From Hemiscyllium ocellatum (lineage: Eukaryota): DNA of 64,000 nucleotides. Numbering within the stretch: the first letter of the stretch is position 1; the number at the start of each line of letters is the position of its first letter. The notes beneath the pieces are model-generated. The model ran no database searches, was not told the DNA's origin, and saw only the letters and a program-made list of their open reading frames with translations. The stretch lies in contig NC_083436.1 in assembly GCF_020745735.1 (NCBI RefSeq), forward strand, positions 19,491,299-19,555,298. Reading direction: 5' to 3'. Below, piece after piece: positions 1 through 11,900 of this stretch. Made by a program: the position numbers and the translations under genes.

Positions 1-285
1 ATGCCTCCATCTAAGTCATTTATAAAAATGACAAACGGCAGTCATCCCAAAACCGATCCTTGTGGCACACCACTAGTAACCAGACTCCAGGCTGAATATT
101 TTCCATCAACCACCACTCGCTGCCTCCTTTCAGAAAGCCAGTTTCTAATCCAAACTACTAAATCATCCTCAATTCCATGCCTCTGCATTTTCTCCAACAG
201 CCTACCATGTGGAACCTTATCAAAGGCTTTATTGAAGTCAATGTATAGCACGTCAACTGCCCTACCCTCATCCAAGTACTTGTAC
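1..285 (-). mobile_element. CR1 LINE RT fragment
   Basis: [16 protein letters not shown]...GVPQGSVLG. Confidence 0.9.
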
Positions 286-2962
286 CAAAGATTGTAAAAA
301 CATTTCACTGTACTCCTGTACTGAAGTACACACGACTGTAAGTGTTATTCTATTTGCATGCTTTAAGTAAGTTTATAAGATTTTTGAAACAATCTCTTTA
401 ACATGTTTTGTAAAGTTTTTATCTCAATAACTGTGGTTATCTGGAAATCTTAACTGAAGTGAGTAGATCTTTCTTACTATTGATGACAGATCTAAGCTGA
501 CTCCAAGCTGACTGGTTGGCTGGCCACAGACAGTGTACTATGCGCTAGTAAATAAAAGGTGACTTGGTAACAGGACCTAGCCTCTGCAGTTATTTCCCTC
601 GTTATAGGAGTGGGAAATACTAGTCAGGCAACTGGAGTCCTGACACCAAACCACAGAAATCAGGTAAGTTGTATGATATTGGCTGAGAGCATGGTCAAAT
701 AAGTAATAAGCATACTATTACAGATCATTTCTGAATTACGTGAACTTAAAATATTGCCAGGGAATAAAGAGGAGAAAGCTTAATCATAACATGAACTGGG
801 TTAACAACATTGGCAAATGCAGTCTGGATCTGAAAGTCAAGGCAGAAATAATTTCTCAGCTTTTAAAGTGTTAGTGTTTTTTTTAGATAATACATGGGTA
901 TATAAAGCTGTGACAAAGTTCCCACACAATGTGGTTATTACAAACTAGAAATATTTACTAGTTTGCAAAGTTTTTTAGAAAAATATTAAGCAGGTCAATA
1001 TACGCAAGAGTAACTGGGAACATGGAAATTCTTGCCAGAATTTGGAAATTATTTTTATTTAATAAATACCTTTTTTTTAATGCAGAGTGGCTTTCTATTC
1101 TTAAGTCTGAAATATTCTGCTGATAAGCAGTCAGCAACTGTTCTGTTGATTAAATATAAACCATATCTGTTACCATGCAGGGTGCTTGAGCTAACTGCAG
1201 AGGCCAGGTCCCATTACCAAGACACTTTTTATTCACTAGTGTAGAGCACACTAACTGTAGCCCATCAGTTCTTAAACTGAGGAGATTAGAATCTCCTGGT
1301 TATTTTTATTCACTTCTCTTTCTCATCTCTTTGTTTATATTGGTCAGCAAAGACTTTCCTGATTGGGATCATCTGGACTTTGATTGGGGGTGTTAACCTG
1401 GGCCAATCAGTACAGAGAGAGTTAATACTAGATTGGACACTTACATGTACTGTTCCTTACAGCGTTAGCCAAAATTGGCCCCAGGACTTGGATTACAAAA
1501 TCAGAAATTGCTAGAGAAACTCAACAGATTTGGCAGTATCTGTGGAGAGAAAGCAGAGGCAATATTTTAAGTCCAGTGAAGAAGGGCCAGACATGAGTTT
1601 CGCCAGCAATGTCTGTTTTAGTCTCAGATTTCCAGCATCTTTAGTTTTTTTTAATTTTATTTCAGGATTTGTATTGTTCCTTCTGGCTTGCATAGTCTTC
1701 TTCTTCCAGTTCCCATTTAAACTGGTGACTTGATTATTTCCTTCCTCTTTGATAATTTTCTGATGTAGTAAACAGGAAATGTGTTTTTGAGGATGTTTTA
1801 TATACATAAAAGAAAATGATATGTTGTCCTTTCTTATAGTAATGTTTGAATGTCTGGATGGTACATTACTGAATTTGCACTCCTGGGAAATTGCAAAGAC
1901 AAATAAGATGAAAGATGGGACTTTCCAAGTTACACTGAGTGTGACAAGGAAAGGGATGAGTTAAAGGAATGGGGTGCTGAAGGTGCAAGGCAGTTTTGGA
2001 GTAATGAAGATTGAATGTGCTTACTGGATGGGAGCTGATCAATTTTATAAAATTAAATCAAGGCTCTTGCAAGCAGCAAAGGAGGGAGTAAGAATGGAAG
2101 GATGACTTACATGAAGATGATTATAAGCAAAGCGTTTTGTTTAATGGTTTAAGTTGATGGGAGCTGAGTAGAAATCAGATTGTGAAGACAGGAGATTGAG
2201 AGGAGACAGGATTGCCAAGAGTAGGGCTAATAGGAGGGAATAGATCACAAGTGATATTAGAAAACCGGCAATATAAAAATACCAAACAAGATGGCAAAAG
2301 ATTAGAGATGACACAGGATGAGAAGATAATACAAATGGAACTGGAATATAATGAGAGTAACAGGGATAGATGTCCGTTTCATTGAAATTACTGAAGCCAG
2401 ATCCTAAATTATTTTTTTCACTCATGGAACATGGGTATTGCTAGCTGGGCCAGTGTTTATTACTCATCCCTAGTTGCCCTTGAGAAGGTGGTGGTGAGCT
2501 GCCTTCTTGATCTACTGTAGTCCACTGGCTGTAGGTAGACCCACAATGAGAGGGGATTTCAGGATTTTCACTCAGTGGCAGTGAAGGAATTATGAAAAAT
2601 ATTCCAGGTCAGGGTGGTGACTGGCTCGGAGGAGAACTTGCCGGTGGTGGTATATCATTCCTATTTACCTTTATTTTATCATTTAGGTAGAACAGGTTTG
2701 GAAAACATTTGCAGTGTGCTTTAAGTTGAAACTATGCAGTCTTTACTTGCTGCCAGGAGTGTGAACTTAGAAATTTACCCCTATAATAAACCTTTCTGAG
2801 GCCACCTATAAAGGTTCAATTGCTAAATAGCCAACAATAGCTGAGACATAGAGACTAGGATCTCCAGTGTGTTTTGAATTAATAGATCTTATCTGGGCCA
2901 GCAGTGGAGGCATAACAACTGAACATGGTCTTCATGCTGATCAGGAACAAAACTGGGGAGGT

Positions 2963-3095
2963 TAAAAGCAAATTACTGCGGATGCTGGAATCTGAAACCA
3001 AAAGAGAAAATGCTGGAAAATCTCAGCAGGTCTGGCAGCATCTGTAAGGAGAGAGAAGAGCTGATGTCTCGAGTCTAACTGACTCTTTGTCAAAG
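2963..3095 (-). mobile_element. Old PLE pLTR tail fragment
   Basis: ctgcggatgctggaatctgaaa...ctcagcaggtctggcagcatctg; similar remnants at about 1495-1640, 19645-19815, 25445-25540, 42735-42780 + 44545-44630 and 62015-62110. Confidence 0.6.
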
Positions 3096-3991
3096 GGGAA
3101 AATAGGGGAGGTGATGGCTGAGTAGTATTTTTGCTAAACTACTAAGCCAGAGACCCAAGTAATGTCCAGGGGACCTGGGTTCAAATCCCACCATGTTAGA
3201 TGGTGAAGTTTGAATTAAATTTTTAAAAAGTCTGGAATGAAGAGTCTAACAATGACTGTGAAGCCTTACTGATTTAGTTAAAAAGAAATTAGCCAGTGCT
3301 CTTGATGAAAGTATAAAGACATAGGTGTCAGCTCAAAGGTGCTGGTAATTGAACAGCACGAGACCACAAATGTAATCTCAGTAATTTATTGAAAGGTAGT
3401 TGGTAATGTTGGGAGTGGTACAGATGGGCACTGGGAGCAATTCAAAAACACAGTATTGAGGAATAGAACATACACAAGAATAGAGTACAGGGCACAGTTT
3501 GAAATTTAGTTGTTGAACATAAGACTTGGGAGCAGGGATAGGTCATTCAGCCTACTGCGCGTGCTTCACTAATCAGTAAAGGTATCAAGGTTTACAGGAT
3601 GAGGCAAGAAAGTGAGTTGAGGCTTATCAGGTCAGCCATGTCCATACCATAAGACCATAAGACATAGGAGTTGAGATATGTCTCTTATCTCAAGAGGGTT
3701 GCAATATAAAAGCAGAGATGTGCTACTGATACTTTATATAGCTCTGGTTAGGCCCCATTTGGAGTACTGTGTCCAGTTTTGGTCCCCACACCTCAGGAAG
3801 GACATACTGGCACTGGAACGTGTCCAGCGGAGATTCACGCGGATGATCCCTGGAATGGCAGGTCTAACATATGAGGAACGGCTGAGGATCCTGGGATTAT
3901 ATTCATTGGAGTTTAGAAGATTAAGGGGAGACTTAATAGAGACGTACAAGATAATATATGGCTTGGAAAGGGTGGATGCTAGGAAATTGTT

Positions 3992-4090
3992 AGCCATTCC
4001 TGATGAAGGGCTCTGGCCCGAAACGTCGATTTTCCTGTTCCTTGGATGCTGCCTAACCTGCTGTGCTTTAACCAGCAACACATTTTCAGC
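3992..4090 (+). mobile_element. 99-bp PLE pLTR fragment (hammerhead cassette) inserted in CR1
   Basis: TSD AATTGTT at 3985-3991 and 4091-4097; removing it restores the CR1 frame ARKLFPLGEE. Confidence 0.88.
3996..4031 (+). ncRNA. Minimal type I hammerhead ribozyme motif
   Basis: ATTC-CTGATGA-A-GGGC(TCTG)GCCC-GAAA-C-GTC-GATT. Confidence 0.75.
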
Positions 4091-4529
4091 AATTGTTTCC
4101 ATTAGGCGAGGAGACTAGGACCCGTGGACACAGCCTTAGAATTAGAGGGGGTCAATTCAGAACAGAAATGCGGGGACATTTCTTCAGCCAGAGGGTGGTG
4201 GGCCTGTGGAATTCATTGCCACGGAGTGCAGTGGAGGCCGGGGCGCTAAATGTCTTCAAGGCCGAGATTGGTAGATTCTTGTTGTTTCGAGGAATTAAGG
4301 GCTACGGGGAGAACGCTGGTAAGTGGAGTTGAAATGCCCATCAGCCATGATTGAATGGCGGAGTGGACTCGATGGGCCGAATGGCCTTACTTCCACTCCT
4401 ATGTCTTACGGTCTTATGATCTTATGGTATGGACATGGCTGACCTGATAAGCCTCAACTCACTTTCTTGCCTCATCCTATAAACTTTGATACCTTTACTG
4501 ATTAAAATTCTCTCTATCTCAGCTTTGAA

Positions 4530-6410
4530 TGTAGAACCAAGGATAGGCAATTCAGCCCCTCAAGCCTGTTCCACCATTCAATGACATCATGGTTCTACTG
4601 TGGCATAACTCTATATGGATCAAAGGCAGGTACAGTATATCCCTTAATACCTTCGCTTAAGAAAAAATTGATCTATCTCAGATTTAAGAACTAGTCCAGC
4701 ATCCACTGACATTGGTGGATGAGAGTTCCAAACCTCTACCACCCTTTGTGTATAGAACTGCTTCCGATCATCTTTCCTGAATGGTTTGACCCAAATTTTC
4801 AGACTATGTCCTGCGGTTATAGAATCCTCAACCAGTAAAAACAGTTTATCTTCTCTGTCTTTTCCTATTAATGTTTTGAAGTCTTCAACAGACCACCCCT
4901 TAATCTTCTAAATTCTGAACAAACCAGGCCTAATGTCTCCTCATTATTTAACTCCTGAAGTTGAGGTCTGATCCTTGTAAACCTACATTGTACTCCCTCC
5001 AAGGTCAATACATCCTTCCTAAGGTATGGTATCTAAATCTGCTCTCAGTATTCCAATTGGGGTATGACCAAGGTTTTATATAACTGCAGCATAATTTCTG
5101 CATGCTGGAACTCCAGTCCACTAGAAGGAAAGGCCATAATTCCTTTAACTTCCTTTAGTATATTCTACACCTTTTTCTGACATTATAAACATATGCACCT
5201 GAACCCCCAAAGTGTGTTTGGTCATCCAACTCATACCATCTAAAGTGTACCCCAATCTATTCTTTGTCAGTCCAAAATAGGTAACTTAACACTTGCTTAC
5301 ATTGAACTCCATCTCACACAATTTTATCCATTCATTTGGTCTATTGCTATCTGCTTGTAAATTGATGCTATCATACACACTATCTACACTGTTACCTGAC
5401 CTTGATCTGGCCTCAACAGCCTTCTACAGTAAAGATTTCGAGAGTCATAGAATTGTACAGCATGGAAACAGATCCTTCATTTCAACTCATCCAGGCTGAC
5501 CAGATATCCTAAATTAATTTAGTCCCATAACCTTTAAACCCTTCCTACTCATGTACTTATCCAGACGCCTTTTTAAATGTTGTAATTGTACCAGCTTCCA
5601 CCACTTCCTCTGAAAGCTTAGACCATACATGCAGAATCTCTATGTGCAAAGTTGCCCCTTCAGGCCCTTTTAAATCTTTTCCCTCTCACTCTAAACCTAT
5701 GTGTTCTAGTTTTTGACTCTCAAACACTGGGAAAATAAAGGGTTTCGATAAAGTCGCCTCTCATTCTTCTTAACTCTTATGAATACAAGCCCAACCTACT
5801 TAACCTCTTCTCCTTGTCAATCCATAGCTAGTATCAGCTTAGTGAGTCTAGTGAATATATATTAATGACTCAGGCAGAAGGTGATTTTACTGTAATCAAA
5901 TATGCAGATGGACTAAAATAGGTAGAAAAACAAGTTGCATGATGGATACAAACGATTCACAGATATTGATAGGTTAACTGGGCAAAAGGTTGGTAAATAG
6001 AGTATAATACGGGAAAATGTGAAGTTGTTCATTTTGGAAGGGAGGACAAAAGAACAGAACATTCTTTAAATGGAGAAAAACTGCAGAATGCTACAACACA
6101 AAGAGACTTGTGTGTACTTCTGCATGAAACACAGAAAGCTATCACATAGATGCAGCTTATAATCAGGAAGGCTAATGGAATGTTACCTCTTTTGTCAATG
6201 GAATTGGAGTCTAAGATAGAACAATCCCTCCACATCCTATGTGTGAAGGCTTAGCACAATGGGGCTCACTAGAATTTAGAATAATGAGAGGTGATTTCAT
6301 TGAAACATATAGGATTGTTGAGGGGCTTGACAGGATAAATATTGAGAAAATGTTTTAGCTCATGAGAAAGCCTAGACCAAAGGGCTTCACCTCAGAATAG
6401 TAAAACGCAT
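4530..6410. mobile_element. Cluster of older CR1 fragments (4530-5290 -, 5440-5850 -, 5880-6410 +)
   Basis: Decayed CR1 RT/3' UTR sequence similar to younger copies in the window. Confidence 0.7.
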
Positions 6411-6419
6411 AAATGTAGA

Positions 6420-8070
6420 TATGACCTGATCAGGTGTATCCCAGGACATTGTGATAAGAAACTGGGGACCCCCAAGCAGAAATATTTGTATCATCCACAG
6501 CCACAAGTAAGGTGTTGAAAGACTGGAGGTTGGCTAATGTTGTGCATTTTTTAAGGAAGGCTGCAAAGGAAAGCCAGGGAATTACAAACAGTGAGCCTGA
6601 TGTCAATGCTGGATAAGTTGTTGGAGGAAATTCTGAGAGACAGGATCTTGCGTTTGGAAAGACAAAGACTGAATAAAGATAGTCAACATGGCTTTGTGTG
6701 TGGGAAATCATGTCTCTCAAACTTGATTGGGTTTTTTGCAGAAATGATCAAGATGACAGAAGACGGCAGAACAATAGATGTCTATATAGACTTTAGCGAG
6801 GCCTTTGTCAAGGTTCTTCATGGCTGACTGGTTAGTAAGGTTAGATCAATGGGATCCAGGGAGAGCGAGCCAATTGGATACAAAATTAGGTAGGAATGCG
6901 AGGGTGGTAAAGAGTTGTTCAGACTTGAGGCCTGTGACCAGTGGTGCACTGCAAGGATCAGTGCTTAGCCCACTGTTGTTTGTCATTTTATATTTAATGA
7001 TTTGGAGTAGAATATAGGAGGCATCGTTAGTAAGTTTACGGATAACAGTAAAATTGGTGGTATGAAGAAGACAATGAAGAAGATTATCTAAGAATATTTT
7101 GATCAACTGGGCCTGTGGGCCATGGAATGGCAGTTGGAGTTTAATTCAGGTAAAAATGAGATATTGTATTTTTATAAGACAGACCAGGGCAGGACTTAAC
7201 TATTCAATTAATGGTAGGGCCCTGGAAAGTGTTGTCAGAAAGACCTAAGGATGTAGGTACACGGTTCCTTGGAAGTATTGTCATAGGTAAAAGTGAGGGC
7301 TGCAGATGCTGGAGGTTAGAGTTGAGAATGTGGTGCTGGAAAAGCACAGCAGGTCAGGCAGCAACCAAGGAGTAGGAGAATCGATGTTTCAGGCAAAAGC
7401 CTTCTTGATGAAGACCTGCTGTGCTTTTCCAGCACCACACTCTCGACTATTGTTATAGGTAGACAGGTGGTGAAGAAGGCATTTGGCAAAGCATTAGTTA
7501 CAGGTGTTGGGACTCGTGCAGCTGTACAAGACATTGGTAAGGCCATATTTGGAATGCTGCATAATTTTTGATTTGTTTGCAGTAGGAAGGATGTTATTAA
7601 ATTGCAAAGTGTGCAAAAATGATTTACACTAATGTTACTGAGACTGGAGGGTTTGATTTATAAGGAGAGGCGGGATAGGCTGGGAGCTTTTGCCCTGGAG
7701 TGTAGGAGGCTGAGGAGTGACCTTATAGAGGTTTTACAAAACCATGAGGGGCATAGATAAGATGAATAAGGTCTTTTGCTCAGATTAGAGGTGTCCAAAA
7801 GCAGAGGGCATAGGTTAAAGGTGAGAAAAGATTTAAAAGGGACTTGATGGTCAAATTTTCCACATGAAGCGTGGTGCATATATGAAATGAACTGCCAGAG
7901 GAAGTGGTAGAGGTGAGAACAATTACAACATTTAAAAGATATTTGGACAGGTTCATGGATAACAGAGGTTTAGAGGGATATGGGTCAAATACAGGCAGGT
8001 GGTTCAGTTCAGGTAACCTGGTTGGCATGGACGAGTTGGACCAAAGGTTCTGTATGAATTTATGATTCTA
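6420..8070 (+). mobile_element. Decayed CR1 LINE (RT to 3' end)
   Basis: SQHGFVCGKSCLSNL, DFSEAF, QGSVLSP, CR1 3' UTR. Confidence 0.85.
7290..7447. mobile_element. PLE-derived fold-back element in CR1, 14-bp TSD
   Basis: Inverted arms gtggtgctggaaaagcacagcaggtc / gacctgctgtgcttttccagcaccac; TSD TATTGT(C/T)ATAGGTA at 7276-7289 and 7448-7461. Confidence 0.85.
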
Positions 8071-8399
8071 TGAGGAGGATTTTCTTCACTTGGAGGGTCG
8101 TGCATCTTTGGAACTCCTTGCCACAGAGAACTATAGGGAATCCTTGTGAATATTTAAGGCTGAGATAGATCAGATGGGAAAGAAGCATTATGGGGAAAGG
8201 GCAGGAAAGTGGTCTTGAGGAATGAGAGACTATTGAATTGCATAGCCAACCTGCTCCAGGTCCTACTGCTTGTGGTCTTAGCCTTCTCTGGACTGCCTCC
8301 AATACCAGCACATCTTCCCTGGCATCTGACGGACTACGTCTTTTGGTGCAAGTGTCCCTCCGAGTGCCTCTCCAAATGTAGAAGTTGGTGTTGGGGGAA

Positions 8400-8960
8400 G
8401 AGAAGCGCGTGGTGGAGTGATTGATGATTCTTAGTTTCATTACAGCGTGTGATTGAATTCTCTGAGGAGGGAGAGGGGTTGTAACTGTCAATCATGGCAG
8501 ATGGGCATTGGAGTGCGAGAGACTGCGGCTGTCAGTGAGAGGAGCAGCTGCTGACGGTGGAGAGGGTGGGTAGAGACTGAGGCTGTCGATCAATGCAGGA
8601 GCTGGAGCTGGGGCTAGGGCTGGGGAGGGGGAGGAATGATGTCAGTGCCTGATTCCGGTTTACGCAGCGGTAACTCGCAGTCTAAGCAAAGGCAGAGTTG
8701 GACCTAGTCTCTCTTTGTGGGAAGGAGCCTCAGTTACAGCCAAAGCCAGCGGTATTATGGACAGTGACGACGACAATGTGGAGGAGACGGTGGAAGGTGA
8801 GCTGGGAGTGTTCCAGAGCAAGGGCTTTGGTGCCTTACCTCCTGGAACAAGCCGGGGGGGGAGAAGGGAGGGACAGTGCAGTGCGGATATACCCGGCCCC
8901 AAACCGCGCGGCTTCAAACAGATGCCTTTTATTTATTGCTTTTAACCCGCGCGTCGAAAA
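8400..8960 (+). promoter_or_regulatory. GC/CpG-enriched SETD7 promoter and first-exon region
   Basis: Local rise in G+C and CpG around the start codon against an AT-rich, CpG-poor background; ETS-type TTCCGG at 8653-8658. Confidence 0.6.
8757..8796 (+). CDS. SETD7: SETD7 coding exon 1 ([14 protein letters not shown])
   Basis: ATG at 8757; donor G|GTGAG at 8797. Confidence 0.95.
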
Positions 8961-11900
8961 TCAATTGCATGCCAGTGAATATACTTGGCTTTTTTTTTAA
9001 AAAAAATGTTTTGGAAAAAGTTTTTCCTCCCAAGATTTTGTTTTGAATTGTTGACGAAATGTAAATTTAATTCGTCAAGATAAAGCCCATAATTTGGTTT
9101 TTGCAAGGACGTCGAAATTCTATTCTGATTTTCTTGGTAAATGGAATGGATTATTTTTAAAACAAAACAAGTGCGATTCGCTTCAAAATACAATGTGCTA
9201 CTTTAACAGTTATGTAACCTGGATTATTGTGATGCTGGCAGTACAAGACAGTCCCTCGGAGGAACAGAGACTGGGGCTGTGTTTATAATTTGTTGCATAT
9301 TTATAATCTGAGACAGAAAGCCTGGAAACTTTTCTCTTCCCTCGTCCCATACCTTTTTAAACAATGTAATCTTTACATCACAGCGAAGTCTTTAAGGGTG
9401 GTCATTGTCAATGTTGCCAATTTGCTGCACGATTCCCAGTATCAATTGTTATTTCAGAAGAATTCAGGAATAAAGCTTTTCCCAATTGTTAATGCCATAC
9501 ACAAGAGAGGAAACGAAGAAGCAATTTCTCCTCCTTCGTGACACTGAATGTTCAGCTGTTGTTTTCACTCGTAATAAATAACCCAGTCATAAAAAGTCAC
9601 CTCCAAACTGGATTTCGCACCAATGAGAAAAACTGTTAAGTTGATGCCTTCCTTTTGATTTTTAAGTGGACAGAATTCCTGGTGATATTTAGTCAGATGT
9701 GTAGTGGTCATATATTGCAGTAATTTGCATTGTTTTTTTCTTTGGATTTAAGATGATGCAATTTACTTTTTGTGTGTCTGTGCTGAGGTTCAGTAAGTTT
9801 AAAATGTTCCTGTTGTAGGTCCCCTGGATGAAGATAACCAGCCACATGGGTTCTGTAAAGTTACCTATTCCTCTAGTGACAGATTTGAAGGGCATTTTGT
9901 GCATGGTGAGAAGAATGGTCGCGGGAAGTTCTATTTTTTTGATGGCAGGTAAAAAAAAATCAAAAGTCCATCAATTTGAAGCTTATTACTTGTTATTTAG
10001 ATATTTGCTCTATCAGAGGAGTTTTTTTGCTTGATCTAAGTTAGGATTTCTTTCGTTGTTTGTCATTTGGAATGTGATTAAATGTGTTTACTGGGAAAAA
10101 AGGTGGTCCCCTCCTGTTCAGCCATTTGCTGTTGCACTTAATCTATAAATCAGAAGTTTATTGACGCTATCAATGTTGGTGATTCAAATTTCATATGGAT
10201 GTTTAATTTCAGTTGATTTATAAAAAATATTTGGCAGCATGCTTGTGGCAGAATGTCTCGACAAACTGCTCCTTTGTAATACTGCCCAGTTTGAAAATAA
10301 GGTCTTATGTTTCGACACCCACTTTTTGATGGCATTATGAGTGTAGTTCATATAAATTAAATTACAGATATTTCCTGTTGTGGAGGGAGATTTCCTGTTT
10401 TCCTTTTTTTTAGATTTTCATAATTACTTTTCAGAATGGAGAAGGAAGGGGGGGGGAGATGGATGTTTTCTATCAGTGTCAGTACTGCCTTGCCAGCAGA
10501 AGTTGTTTGTATCATGAAAACACTATCTTCATACACAAATGTGTATGCAGCTGAACTGTGAAGCACTTTTTTGTACAAAATGCATTGTTTGTATTTGGAG
10601 AAAAAGAGGAAAAAGTATAGAATGATGTCAATTCAGTAAATATTTATAGAACTATTGGATGGAGGGGGAGGTAAATCTTTAAAGTTGCTGTACATGAGAG
10701 AAAAAATATGATCTAAGGAACTAAAATTTAAACATACAAAATTTTATTTCTCCAAATAAATTAAGTTCAAAGACTCCAACTAAGAAATAGTGGTCTAATG
10801 AAATCATATTTAATATGTGTCTATAATATTTGTACTCATTTACTGTAAGAAAACTTCACTCTCATTATATTTTGCTATGATTTTTGTATCTATTTTTCCT
10901 TTCTACATAATGGCTAGGGAATTATAATAATGGAATAAACTTCAGGGTTGTGTATTCTGGTGTTCACATGCCTGTAGGTCATTCTAAATCTTTTCTCCAG
11001 TTTCTCTATCTGAAAATTTTCTCAAGAACCAAACATTTCATATCTCTGAGGTTTTGTAAAAAAAAATTAAAGAATACCAGATCCTAGTAACAAAATTAAA
11101 TATTTCATTAAGTTTCTAATAGGTTCATTTAAAAGACACAGCCTTTTCCAAAAGTTCAAATTGTAACTGGGTTCAAAATATTCAGTGCTGCAGTTTGAGC
11201 TTTTGAAGTGTATCTAATTTCTTAGCCACATTGATTAAATATTTTTCTTTAGCTGCAAGCCTCCTTTGATCTGTGGCAAAATAACCCATTTCCAAAGGTT
11301 TTTCATTTGAAGGAATCAAATGTATAGGAGGTATGGTTATGAGATGAGGGAAAATACATGCTAATTGCACTCTTAGTTCTGTGATCTAAAAACACAATGA
11401 GCATAAAATGCTAAAAAAAACTGAACACTAATGTCAATTATCTCTTCTGTGAGATGTTAAGTTTTTAAAAAAGTCTGTGCTAAGCAATTATACCTGTGAA
11501 ACTGATTCAAACTGAGATAAGAGTAGTAGACATTTATTTGAGAAAGTGAGACAGGCAGAATGAAGTAATTACAGAGAAAGAAGGGCAGTTTCTTATAATT
11601 TTATTTCCTTACAAATAAAAATTGAGAGCAAACAAGCTTTCTTTAAAAGAAAGTTTGGAAAGAAAGAAAGGAGGAGGAGGAGTAAAGGGAACTACTTACC
11701 ACCTGCTTTTGTGGGCAGGACTGATGAAGTAATTAATTTAGTGGCGTCATAGTTGAAGAGTAGGACGTGAAATGACTGACCATGTAAATTAGAAGTAAAA
11801 TAATGTGTGATGTAAAATTTGCAACAAATTCAATTGCGTCAGTTTCCCTTGTGTTGTTAATAGCTCCTGGTGTTCCAGTTAGAACAGTTGTAATTGGAGT

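Larger units (their letters stand above)
3678..4428 (+). mobile_element. CR1 LINE 3' fragment with 8-bp repeat tail
   Basis: LVRPHLEYCVQFWSP..LERVQRRFTRMIPG..RRLRGDLIETYKI; (TCTTATGG)n tail. Confidence 0.92.
3571..4503. repeat. Inverted repeat of about 100 bp (3571-3671 / 4395-4503) bracketing a CR1 insertion
   Basis: Left arm is the reverse complement of the CR1 tail plus 3' flank. Confidence 0.88.
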
